Of a stretch of DNA of 64,000 bases, positions 46,763 to 55,330 are shown in pieces; position 1 is the stretch's first letter; the number at the start of each line of letters is the position of its first letter. The stretch lies in contig CAYUUR010000003.1 of NCBI GenBank assembly GCA_964448075.1, positions 69,610-133,609 on the forward strand, given 5' to 3'. The position numbers and the translations under genes were made by a program. Origin of the DNA: an uncultured Candidatus Saccharibacteria bacterium. Lineage in GTDB: Bacteria; Patescibacteriota; Saccharimonadia; Saccharimonadales; CAYUUR01. Below the pieces are notes generated by a model. It saw nothing but the letters and a program-made list of their open reading frames with translations. It had not been told where the DNA came from and searched no databases.

Positions 46763-47695
46763 ATGTTTCGTCGAAAAAAGTCCCAGCAGGAGGGAAGGCG
46801 ACAGGCGCAACCGCAATCAGGCCGCAGCACGGTTTTTTCCTACTATGCTCAGCAGAATGCGAAGACCAAACCGCCGCGTCGTAATACTGAGGATACAGAA
46901 AGACGACTACAGCCATCAGAATCAATTTCACTTGGGCAGGGTAGGGTAGGCGCACTTCGTCATCTGCCGCTTATAGTAACGACCGTCGTGCTTATAATAG
47001 GCATTATTTACAACACTACGTTATCTACAAACGCGCAAGTCATAACCGATTCTGTTGCAGAAACACAGACGAATTTTCTGAGGGAAAAATCAGTGTACCA
47101 ATCGGCACTAGACGAGTTGTTTTCCGAGTCCCCACTTTCTCGATCAAAACTAACGATTGATACACAAGAACTAGCTGACAAGCTGATTGCTAGGTTTCCT
47201 GAACTCGCTGACGTTACCATTACGCTACCCTTGGTTGGAACGCGCCCTGTCGTTCATTTGCAGGCCACACAACCTGCCTTACTACTTGTCAGTAGTGATC
47301 AAGCCTATGTGCTTGATGATCGAGGTATCGTCTTAATGGACGCAAAAGACCTTAAGACAAATCAAGAGCTTCTGACCGTAACTGATGAGAGCGGACTGGA
47401 GATACAGCAAGGTTCTGCCGCGCTTTCTGGTGAGCAAGTTGCATATATCTTGTCACTACGTCATCAGCTAGAAGCAAGTAAGCTGAATGTGTCCAAAGTC
47501 GTGTTGCCAGCGCAACCACAACAACTCGATGTCTATATTGACGGACTATCGTTTTACGGCAAGTTCTTATTCAGTACAGACAGCAGGGTAGCTGCGGGCA
47601 GTTTTGTCGCAACTAAGAAACAGCTTGATAAGACTGCGCAGAAGCCGCGCCAATATATAGACGTACGAATTCCGGGCAGAGTATTTTACAAGTAA
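46763..47695 (+). CDS. ftsQ: FtsQ/DivIB-type cell-division protein
   Basis: 310 aa. It has a basic N-terminus, a single TM segment (LPLIVTTVVLIIGIIY) and POTRA-like/FtsQ-like domains, and lies directly after murG. Confidence 0.7.
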   Translation: MFRRKKSQQEGRRQAQPQSGRSTVFSYYAQQNAKTKPPRRNTEDTERRLQPSESISLGQGRVGALRHLPLIVTTVVLIIGIIYNTTLSTNAQVITDSVAETQTNFLREKSVYQSALDELFSESPLSRSKLTIDTQELADKLIARFPELADVTITLPLVGTRPVVHLQATQPALLLVSSDQAYVLDDRGIVLMDAKDLKTNQELLTVTDESGLEIQQGSAALSGEQVAYILSLRHQLEASKLNVSKVVLPAQPQQLDVYIDGLSFYGKFLFSTDSRVAAGSFVATKKQLDKTAQKPRQYIDVRIPGRVFYK

Positions 47696-47718
47696 TACCC
47701 CCTGTCACTTCTCTTTCC

Positions 47719-47735
47719 ATGTTCGCAAAATGTTC
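47719..47735 (+). repeat. Direct repeat, left copy (ATGTTCGCAAAATGTTC)
   Basis: It matches 48297-48313 at 16 of 17 positions. It is internally a tandem of ATGTTCGnA with 11-nt phasing. Confidence 0.6.
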
Positions 47736-48296
47736 GCATATAGTGAAACAGTCAATGTATTGAAAAACTATACTAAAGATTCAAAATAGAAAAAAGTCAA
47801 ATAGGGTAGTAATTGATGGAAAGGCGGGGTAGAAGAAAAAAACTATACAAGACAGGAAAAGTAGCAAAATGCAAGTATGCACATGTGGATAAGTCATGAG
47901 TTTTTTGCCACACGTTGTAAATAGCGTCACAAAATACAACGAGACGCTAGGCAGTATTTCAGAGGCTATTTAGTACTGTGAACATGGTTAATGCTTAGGC
48001 AGAGAGCTGCTTAGTAAGCCGAGACAGCAAGCGTGCTAATTATTAGATAAACTCCCCTGTAGAAGAGGTATATGTAATCAACTCCTAACCATAGATTAGA
48101 GTCGCAAAATATACATTGTACGACGTGGAATGTATTGTTCTCTATGTCTTCTCGTATTGCTCTTGTTTTGTTTGTTTTGAGTTACGTTTCATTATTTGTC
48201 ATGATTTTTTAAACCCACCCTGCTTTGCGTGCGGCCTACTACGTGGCGCGACTATTACGTGCTTCTTTCTATGGTATGAAAATATCCGCCTGCCTA

Positions 48297-48313
48297 ATGT
48301 TCGTAAAATGTTC
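48297..48313 (+). repeat. Direct repeat, right copy (ATGTTCGTAAAATGTTC)
   Basis: It matches 47719-47735 at 16 of 17 positions. Confidence 0.6.
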
Positions 48314-48338
48314 TTGTTATGTAAATTCGCACAAACTT

Positions 48339-48875
48339 TTAGATAATGCGGAAACGAGGTTCTATATCAACAAGATGATACGTTGGTAATGGCGTGGTGT
48401 GTGATGTAGATTCTGCGTTCGCGTTTAACCCGTAGACGAATTGCCTATCGTGAACGTCGGCAAGATCATAACGATGCATGCATCGTTGCAGACCAAAGCT
48501 GAAGTATGCATTTGAACCTTGAACTACCTGCGCTTTAGCCGCTTCTGGAACGGGTTCTACGGGAATAATGCGCTCGACTTTGGCGACGAGCAGGGTTGAG
48601 CCGAGTTGCCATGGTAGGCGTTTTCGTCTTTCGTTTCTGACGATACCCCACTCATGTGGGACGACTTCTGCCCCGCATAGTTCCGCAGCTCTTTCAAGCT
48701 CTTCGTCTGTTCGTTCAAGCAGCCATTCTAGCGACTTAGTGCAGATACGCGGCGGTGCGAGTGTTACGCTGCGTATGAATGATTCAGTGTTTACCTTATC
48801 GTCATCTAGAAAGTAGCCCTTTACATCCCTTACTACCTGTGTTTCTGGTGGATATTCGACGATGTGAACGGACAT
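48339..48875 (-). CDS. Hypothetical protein
   Basis: A 178-aa ORF immediately downstream of the sigma-r4/HARE-HTH gene on the same strand, with a 19-nt gap. Confidence 0.55.
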   Translation of the reverse strand: MSVHIVEYPPETQVVRDVKGYFLDDDKVNTESFIRSVTLAPPRICTKSLEWLLERTDEELERAAELCGAEVVPHEWGIVRNERRKRLPWQLGSTLLVAKVERIIPVEPVPEAAKAQVVQGSNAYFSFGLQRCMHRYDLADVHDRQFVYGLNANAESTSHTTPLPTYHLVDIEPRFRII

Positions 48876-48894
48876 AGAGTGGAAAAGTCGATAT

Positions 48895-49926
48895 TTAGTC
48901 GGCGAGGGTGTAGGTGGCTTTAGCGACGCGTTTGAACTGTGCCTTGCCCTGAAGGTTTAGAAGGATGGTTGTTTCCTTCACCTGACGGCTTTTGAGGACG
49001 CGCTTGACGATTTCGTCGCGGTGGAGCGGCTCACCTGCCTTCTTAAGGACATCGGTGATGATATCAGCTACTGTTCCCTTGCTGTAACCCCACTCTTTGA
49101 GGGCGTAGATACCGCGACCGATGAGTACAAAGCGAGAATCTTTAATAAGTTCGTTATGAATAGCTTGCGTGGTAACGTCTTTGCGCTTGAAGTCAGAATC
49201 TTTGATAGCCTTGGCGATTTCATTAAAGTGCAGTGGTTTGCCGTTTTCATGGAGGATGACATAGATTTTGTCACGGATGTTCTTTGGGTTGACCATTGGC
49301 CATTTGACAAGACCCCAGCGGCCGTTGAGCGTTGCCAGGTGCTTACTGGTGCTGGCGAGTGCTGCAACATGCGCTTTATCAGCATCTTTCACTGCCGCGG
49401 CGATCGCATCAACAGTGGTTGGCTCGCCAATTTTCTTTATTGCTTCGATAACCTTAGCGACCTGATCTTTCATCTTCTTTTCGTCGTGCAGCTTGGCAAT
49501 GCCTACTGACAAGAAGAAATGGTCGTTTTCGTCCAATACAACAAGGCTGGTGCAGAGTTGGCTGAGGAATGATACTCGCGCCTGGTCGATTCGAGTATTT
49601 TCTGTAGTGACCTTAGAAGATAATTCACTGACACGGGCTGCGCCGCCCATAGATTCGAGCTCGGTAGTAAATAAGGTTTGTACAGCAGAGATATGTGGCA
49701 GATCTTTATTAGTCGACTTGAGCTTGGTGACAACAGCTTTCTCGAGTTGACGGACGCGTTCACGGGTAATGCCGAGTAATTCGCCAATCTGTTCAAGTGT
49801 CTCTTTGCGGTCAAACAAACCAAAACGACGAGATACAATTTCGCGCTCGCGTTCCCTGTCAATAGTTGAAAGGATGTCATTCACAACTTGTTCTATGTCG
49901 AGTGTCTTGGTGGTTTGTTCTGCCAT
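48895..49926 (-). CDS. Sigma-70 region-4 HTH protein with C-terminal HARE-HTH-like winged-helix repeats
   Basis: 343 aa. The N-terminus REIVSRRFGLFDRKETLEQIGELLGITRERVRQLEKAVVTKL matches region 4. Segments such as IYVILHENGKPLHFNEIAKAI...DSRFVLIGRGIYALKEWGY, followed by DVLKKAGEPLHRDEIVKRVL, resemble the HARE-HTH of the RNA polymerase delta subunit. Confidence 0.6.
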   Translation of the reverse strand: MAEQTTKTLDIEQVVNDILSTIDREREREIVSRRFGLFDRKETLEQIGELLGITRERVRQLEKAVVTKLKSTNKDLPHISAVQTLFTTELESMGGAARVSELSSKVTTENTRIDQARVSFLSQLCTSLVVLDENDHFFLSVGIAKLHDEKKMKDQVAKVIEAIKKIGEPTTVDAIAAAVKDADKAHVAALASTSKHLATLNGRWGLVKWPMVNPKNIRDKIYVILHENGKPLHFNEIAKAIKDSDFKRKDVTTQAIHNELIKDSRFVLIGRGIYALKEWGYSKGTVADIITDVLKKAGEPLHRDEIVKRVLKSRQVKETTILLNLQGKAQFKRVAKATYTLAD

Positions 49927-50131
49927 GATGTTCCTATCTGTTATATCTGCTGTCTTGGAGTGAATAGTCCCCTACTCTCTCCTGATATAACGCTAATTAT
50001 AAAACTTAGTCTTTTAAAAGTCAACCCTCATTTGGTATAGGCGTATTGTAGCACAAACTGGACTAGATTTCAGTCAAATGTTGTAGGAATATCACTAGAC
50101 ACTACATACGAACAGATAACAAGTTGCGTTA

Positions 50132-50470
50132 TTACTGTAGTTCAGCGGCTTCTTGGGCTTTTTGCATTGAGCGGCGCTCTATAGCTTCACCAATAATGAA
50201 AGAAGTAGAACCATAAGCGACGATGGTGAGCGCTTGATACGGAAGATTTTCTTCAGCATGTTTTTCACGTATATATGCTCTTGGATCAGCAAGACATTGC
50301 TCAGTAGGTGTTAGTTCACAAGGCTCTGTTTTGCGAGCTTCAGCAATTCGATCTTCTACGTTATGTATGCTGTATGCACCCGCTGCAAGCATAAATATGC
50401 CAAGCCCACGCGCAATTGCGCCTGGTCTACGAGTGGCTTCTGTGATTGATTCAAATGTTTTCATAAGCAT
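50132..50470 (-). CDS. Small two-TM hairpin membrane protein
   Basis: 112 aa. TM1 is LGIFMLAAGAYSI and TM2 is ALTIVAYGSTSFIIGEAI. Confidence 0.55.
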   Translation of the reverse strand: MLMKTFESITEATRRPGAIARGLGIFMLAAGAYSIHNVEDRIAEARKTEPCELTPTEQCLADPRAYIREKHAEENLPYQALTIVAYGSTSFIIGEAIERRSMQKAQEAAELQ

Positions 50471-50540
50471 ACTTTAGCATAATTCCACATATTAATCAAG
50501 CACAAACTTTATCAGCAGTTAGTTAATCAAAAGTAACGAG

Positions 50541-52850
50541 CTATTTCTTGCGGGTGAAGCGGCGGGCTTTGCTCTTTGCAGGTGCGTCGGCCAGGAGTTT
50601 CTTGCATTCTGCCTCTGTTAGTTTGGCAGGATCTTGGTCCTTAGGTATCTTGGCATTCTTTTTGCCGTCGGTAATATATGGGCCGTAGCGGCCTTTGAGT
50701 ACCTTGATTGGGCCAAAGTCAGCGATGTTTTTCTCTGCCTCGGTCTTAAGCTTCTCGGCGTACAAGATTCTGGCTTTCTCTTCGGTCACATCGAGTGGAT
50801 CGTCTTCTTTGAGCGACACATACAGTTTGCCAACTTGAATATAAGGACCAAACCGTCCGACATTAGCCTTGATCTCCTCGCCTTGTTCTGTAGTACCGAC
50901 AACTCGCGGTAGCTTGAACATCTCGAGTGCTTGATCTAGCGTAACTGTTTCAATCTTTGCGCCCTTAGGAAGTGGTGCAAAGCGTGGTTTGTCTTCTTTA
51001 TCCTCGCTGTCGGTAGCGCCAAGCTGGAGCATGGGGCCGTAGCGGCCGAAGCGTGCCAACACGGGTTTTTCTGTTTTTGGGTCGATACCTACCTCACGAG
51101 CTTGGGCAACAGTGCTGCGGTCAATGCCGCCGGATTTTTCAATTAGTTCTTGGAATGGTGTATAGAAGCCCATGAGCATTTTATTGCGCTCTAGCTTGCC
51201 TTCAGCAATCTGGTCAAAGTCTTCTTCTACGTGTGCCGTGAAGCCATAGTCTACAATTGGGTTAAAGTGGTTGGTTAGGAAGTCGCTCATGACCATACCG
51301 CTGGCGGTGGGCACAAGTTTACCTCTGTCAGAACCAGTCTTTTCTTCGACTATTGCTCTGTTGATTGTGCCGTTTTTTAGTGACAAAACGATTACTTCGC
51401 GTGGCGTGCCCTCGGACTCGCCTTTTTCGGCGTAACCGCGAGCCTGTACGGTATTAATGATAGTCGCATAAGTTGATGGTCGGCCGATGCCAAGTTCCTC
51501 AAGTTTTTTTACGAGGCTACCTTCGGTATAACGAGCTGGCGGTCGTGCAAACACCTGTTTTGCTTCAGCTGCGGTGAGCGTGAGGCTGTCTTGCGCTGCA
51601 ACCGCTGGTAAGATTTCAGCGTCTTTTTTGCTGCCACCGTAGACCTTGAGAAAACCATCAAAGATAATTACTTCACCTTTTGCCTCAAACACTTCTTTTG
51701 CTCCAGATATGGTGATAGTTATGGTGGTCTTTTCGAGCTTGGCTGGTGCCATCTGGCTTGCCAAGGTGCGTCGACGGATAAGATCGTAGAGTTTCTGGTT
51801 ATATGCGTCTGAGCTGGCGACCTCTGTGCTAACATCGGTCGGTCGAATAGCCTCATGAGCTTCTTGAGCGCTCGATGATTTGGTTTTGAAGGTACGTACC
51901 TGGTGATACTCCTTCCCGTAGTGCGACTCGATGTACTGTGTCATTTGAGACAGCGCCGTACCGCTCAGATTAACGGAATCAGTACGCATGTAGGTGATTT
52001 TACCTTCTTGATACAACTTCTGTGCCGCAGACATTGTGGCTTTGGCACTGAAACCAAGCCGACTGTTGGCGTCCTGTTGTAAGGTGCTGGTAGTAAATGG
52101 CGCGCCTGGGTTGCGCGTGCTTGGGCTTGTTGTGATGTCGCTGACGGTAAATGATGCGTCGGTGAGGCTCTCGAGGAACTTTTGCGCCGCCGCTTCTGTA
52201 TCAAAACGTTTTGGGAGTTCGGCTTTTAAGGTGCCTTTATCAGTAGTAAATACGGCAACTACCTTGAATGTGAATGAACCTTCAAAGGCTTCGATTTCGC
52301 GCTCACGTTCCACGAGTAAACGCACACCTGGCGACTGTACGCGGCCGGCGCTCTTGCCGCCCGGGACTTTTTTGCGGACGACGTCGGACAGGTCAAAACC
52401 CACGATTCGGTCAAGTATTTGACGAGCTTGCTGAGCTTGCACGAGCTGCATATCAACGGTGCGTGGGTTTTTGACGGCTTCCTCAATGGCTGATTTGGTG
52501 ATTTCATGGAAGACGATTCGTTTGGTTTTCTTGGGGTCAAGTTTGAGAACTTCGCACAAATGCCAAGCAATCGCTTCCCCTTCGCGGTCTTCATCAGTTG
52601 CTAGCCAGACTTCGTTAGCTGCTTTGACAGCCTTGCGGAGTTCGGCAACGGTCTTTTTCTTCTCGGGGTCAACTTCATACACGGTTTCAAAACCATTTTT
52701 TATGTCGATAGCTTCCTTGCCGTCCTTGGTCTTTGTGGCAATAGAGCGGATGTGGCCAATGCTAGAGAGCACCTTAAAGTCACTACCGAGATACTTCTCG
52801 ATAGTCTTTGCCTTTGCTGGCGACTCGACGATAACAAGGTTTTTAGCCAT
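50541..52850 (-). CDS. topA: DNA topoisomerase I
   Basis: 769 aa. It has a TOPRIM N-terminus (NLVIVESPAKAKTIEKYLG) and the active-site context ITYMRTDS. The C-terminal repeats are Cys-free (GRFGPYIQVG, GRYGPYITDG) and the tail is Lys-rich. Confidence 0.95.
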   Translation of the reverse strand: MAKNLVIVESPAKAKTIEKYLGSDFKVLSSIGHIRSIATKTKDGKEAIDIKNGFETVYEVDPEKKKTVAELRKAVKAANEVWLATDEDREGEAIAWHLCEVLKLDPKKTKRIVFHEITKSAIEEAVKNPRTVDMQLVQAQQARQILDRIVGFDLSDVVRKKVPGGKSAGRVQSPGVRLLVEREREIEAFEGSFTFKVVAVFTTDKGTLKAELPKRFDTEAAAQKFLESLTDASFTVSDITTSPSTRNPGAPFTTSTLQQDANSRLGFSAKATMSAAQKLYQEGKITYMRTDSVNLSGTALSQMTQYIESHYGKEYHQVRTFKTKSSSAQEAHEAIRPTDVSTEVASSDAYNQKLYDLIRRRTLASQMAPAKLEKTTITITISGAKEVFEAKGEVIIFDGFLKVYGGSKKDAEILPAVAAQDSLTLTAAEAKQVFARPPARYTEGSLVKKLEELGIGRPSTYATIINTVQARGYAEKGESEGTPREVIVLSLKNGTINRAIVEEKTGSDRGKLVPTASGMVMSDFLTNHFNPIVDYGFTAHVEEDFDQIAEGKLERNKMLMGFYTPFQELIEKSGGIDRSTVAQAREVGIDPKTEKPVLARFGRYGPMLQLGATDSEDKEDKPRFAPLPKGAKIETVTLDQALEMFKLPRVVGTTEQGEEIKANVGRFGPYIQVGKLYVSLKEDDPLDVTEEKARILYAEKLKTEAEKNIADFGPIKVLKGRYGPYITDGKKNAKIPKDQDPAKLTEAECKKLLADAPAKSKARRFTRKK

Positions 52851-52984
52851 AAACGTAATCTTTAGTGTAGGTACTTCCTAAATAATTGCAACAGTCACTA
52901 ACCCTACGGCAAGACGCGGATTTTTGCAAATACCTTATTTTGAACATGCTTGCAAAACTATACGGCAGAGTCTAGCATTGAGTC

Positions 52985-53896
52985 ATGGAACGGCAACCCC
53001 CAATTACAGAACCAACTTTCGAAGATTTAACAGCTATCTATGATTTGGCATCTCGTGGCGTACCAATCACCTATGAAGAAGCCAGTGGCACAGACCTCGC
53101 ACGAGTCGCTGCTGCGGCCATAATGAGACATCATGATGCTGACCTCGGTACAGAAATGTTCGTTCAAGAGACGTTACGTAGCTACGAACGCAGCGAGGCT
53201 GCGCATGATTCGCTTATCGCCGCTTCGGCAGCGTTTGATGCCCTTGTATTGTGGGATCTTGGTGAGTTTGAGCTAGAAGATGTTGTTATTGCGCATGATC
53301 GTGCCATTGAGCTTGGTGCCTATGCAAGAAATTTACAGGACCCTACGCAGGACAATCAATACTTGGCGACTGTAGAAAAACTCGATTCAGTTGTAAATAT
53401 GCTGGGCGTAACAGTTGTGCTGTGTCAATATAATGCGCCAGTTGCATTAGAGCATGTAAACGCTGGCTACCAACGCTATACAGATCTTGTCCTTGACCTA
53501 TATACTCGCTTCACGGTGCCTGCAAGGCAAGTCTATGATGATATTAAGCTACTCTATGGTCTTGCGCTTGATGCTGGGGTGGACTTGACTGACAGATTGG
53601 TACCACTGTTAGAAAAAATGGCAGAACAGTCGATATCCGGTGGTACCGAAGATGATTTAGTCACTGGTTTGAGTGCATTAGCTGACCTTGCAGAGTTTCA
53701 GCCAGATAATAAGCAGTATAAAAAGATGGTAAAGTTATTGCGACGTACTCGCTTCTTTGAAGATCTAGTAAAGAATAAGCAAGTATCACCCGCTGTCTCT
53801 GAAGCGTACGAACGGATTGGTGCATTTACGATATCCGATTTATATGACATTAAATATATGTTCAAAGACACCACATACGAGGACGCTATCGCATAG
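52985..53896 (+). CDS. Hypothetical acidic helical protein
   Basis: A 303-aa ORF divergent from topA, with no recognisable motif. Confidence 0.55.
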   Translation: MERQPPITEPTFEDLTAIYDLASRGVPITYEEASGTDLARVAAAAIMRHHDADLGTEMFVQETLRSYERSEAAHDSLIAASAAFDALVLWDLGEFELEDVVIAHDRAIELGAYARNLQDPTQDNQYLATVEKLDSVVNMLGVTVVLCQYNAPVALEHVNAGYQRYTDLVLDLYTRFTVPARQVYDDIKLLYGLALDAGVDLTDRLVPLLEKMAEQSISGGTEDDLVTGLSALADLAEFQPDNKQYKKMVKLLRRTRFFEDLVKNKQVSPAVSEAYERIGAFTISDLYDIKYMFKDTTYEDAIA

Positions 53897-54743
53897 TCCA
53901 CTGGTCGTTGCCGAGTGGCTTCACAATACCTCGAATTTCTAGCATGGTCAGTGTTTGGTTGAATACTGAGGGCGCAAGCTGACTGTCTGCCAGCAAGTCA
54001 GTCCCTCCAATGACTCCCTTATTAAGGAGGTCGATTATAAGCTGCTCCTCAGGGGTTTGGGCAAATATCTCTTGATGCACTGTTTTTGTATCGATGCCGA
54101 GCGCTCGGAGGATATCCTGACTGTTTGTTACTGGCGTTGCACCTGCCTTAATGAGGTTATTGGTACCAGCGCTATGCGGACTGGTGATATTGCCTGGCAC
54201 CACAAGCACATCCCTGCCTTGCTCAAGGGCAAAGTTAGCAGTGTGCAGGGTGCCGCTTTTCTCGGCCGCCTCAATGATAAGCAGCGCTTTACTGAGGCCA
54301 GAAACCAAGCGGTTCCGTGCAATGAAATTCTCGCGGCGTGCATCGGTACCGTCAGGGTATTCGCTGAGTAAGGCACCTTCGTGGTGAATAATAGCTTGGG
54401 CCAGTTGACGATTTGTTGCCGGGTATATCTCGTTCACGCTGCTTGGCAGAATCGCGATGGTCCGCCCGCCGTATTCGATAGCAGTCTGGTGTGCCAATGC
54501 ATCAGCGCCTAGTGCCAACCCGCTGACAACGGTGACTCCGGCACGGATGACGTCTGGCAATAACGCAGACATTGCGCTACGGCCATACGGTGTTATCGTT
54601 CGGCTGCCTATTACGCTCAAACAGATTGAACTATAGAGCCCATCCAGTGGAGCGCCTTTGTGCCACAGTTGTTGTGGTGGCGATGGAATATTTTGGAGGT
54701 TTTCTGGTAAATCCCTTAATTTGATACAATTTTGTGTTTTCAT
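53886..54743 (-). CDS. dprA: DNA processing protein DprA
   Basis: 285 aa with the sequence SGLALGADALAHQTAIEYGGRTIAILPSSVNEIYPATNRQLA...ARNRLVSGLSKALLIIEAAEKSGTLHTA. Confidence 0.9.
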   Translation of the reverse strand: MKTQNCIKLRDLPENLQNIPSPPQQLWHKGAPLDGLYSSICLSVIGSRTITPYGRSAMSALLPDVIRAGVTVVSGLALGADALAHQTAIEYGGRTIAILPSSVNEIYPATNRQLAQAIIHHEGALLSEYPDGTDARRENFIARNRLVSGLSKALLIIEAAEKSGTLHTANFALEQGRDVLVVPGNITSPHSAGTNNLIKAGATPVTNSQDILRALGIDTKTVHQEIFAQTPEEQLIIDLLNKGVIGGTDLLADSQLAPSVFNQTLTMLEIRGIVKPLGNDQWTMR

Positions 54744-54806
54744 GGTTGCACCCCTGTAAAACGCTTATGTTTCTTATAATATCCTTGCCAGACTTACAAA
54801 AAAGTA

Positions 54807-54834
54807 TTGACAATTGTCATAAAGTTGCTAAAAT
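54807..54834 (+). promoter_or_regulatory. Strong sigma-70-type promoter pointing away from dprA into an ORF-free region
   Basis: TTGACA (54807-54812), a 16-nt spacer ending in TGC, then TAAAAT (54829-54834). Confidence 0.6.
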
Positions 54835-54840
54835 TGCAAT

Positions 54841-55196
54841 CCGTAAGCGTGATATTCACGTTTTACGTACCTTATACCCCCAATTCTAACAAATGTTAGA
54901 AATAGTTTTGTTAGATTGTTTTAGAGCGTGCTGTCAAAGTTGTTACCCTCCACTTCGTCTAGCCTCACTGACTTCGGTTAGTGAAGCGCTCTAAAACAGA
55001 CTAACCCCTTTAACTCTGTTCCCGTTTCAAAGCGAGTATTCAAGTATTCCATCTTATGATGGAGGCACAGGTCCTTATATTAATAGACGCTGATGCTTCG
55101 CTGGGTGGGTTGAAGGGTGTATCTGCGGGACGACTCGTTCGTCCCTTGAATAGGCTTCCGGCGGTGCCCACCCCCTCCGGAAGCCTATTTTAGTTT
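54841..55196 (+). ncRNA. Candidate structured non-coding RNA of unknown class
   Basis: It lies downstream of the promoter above. Helices:
- an 11-bp helix pairing 54918-54928 with 54987-54997
- a UUCG-capped hairpin at 54966-54983
- hairpins at 54885-54902, 55051-55064 and 55127-55145
- a 10-bp terminator-like stem at 55152-55186 followed by ATTTTAGTTT
GGGTGGG (55103-55109) is complementary to the terminator loop CCCACCC (55167-55173). Confidence 0.4.
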
Positions 55197-55330
55197 GCGG
55201 TGCCTCACTCGCTTTCAGCGAGCCCGAAACTTACTTGATCGAAAAACAAGTTTTCGTCAGAAGCTTTCCTTGCAAACTGCCACAGGCAGTTCTCACCCTC
55301 CGGAGGCTCTTTTTTATGTTCCTAAGCTAG

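Noticed and set aside
48116-48346. A 76-aa Cys/Phe-rich ORF with a TTG start in the AT-rich gap
   Set aside because: Its composition (runs of F, C, L and V) is what T-rich non-coding DNA yields. It has no Shine-Dalgarno sequence or -10 context, and it overlaps the right-hand direct repeat.
54918-54997. GTTTTAGAGC, identical to the first 10 nt of the well-known Cas9 CRISPR repeat
   Set aside because: It is a single copy. It simply forms an 11-bp helix with CGCTCTAAAAC 60 nt downstream. The window has no repeat-spacer array and no cas genes.
55056-55193. A 45-aa ORF (MMEAQVLILIDADAS...) inside the candidate ncRNA
   Set aside because: It has no Shine-Dalgarno sequence or -10 box in front. It runs through three strong hairpins and the terminator stem. 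It is mentioned only as an alternative to test.
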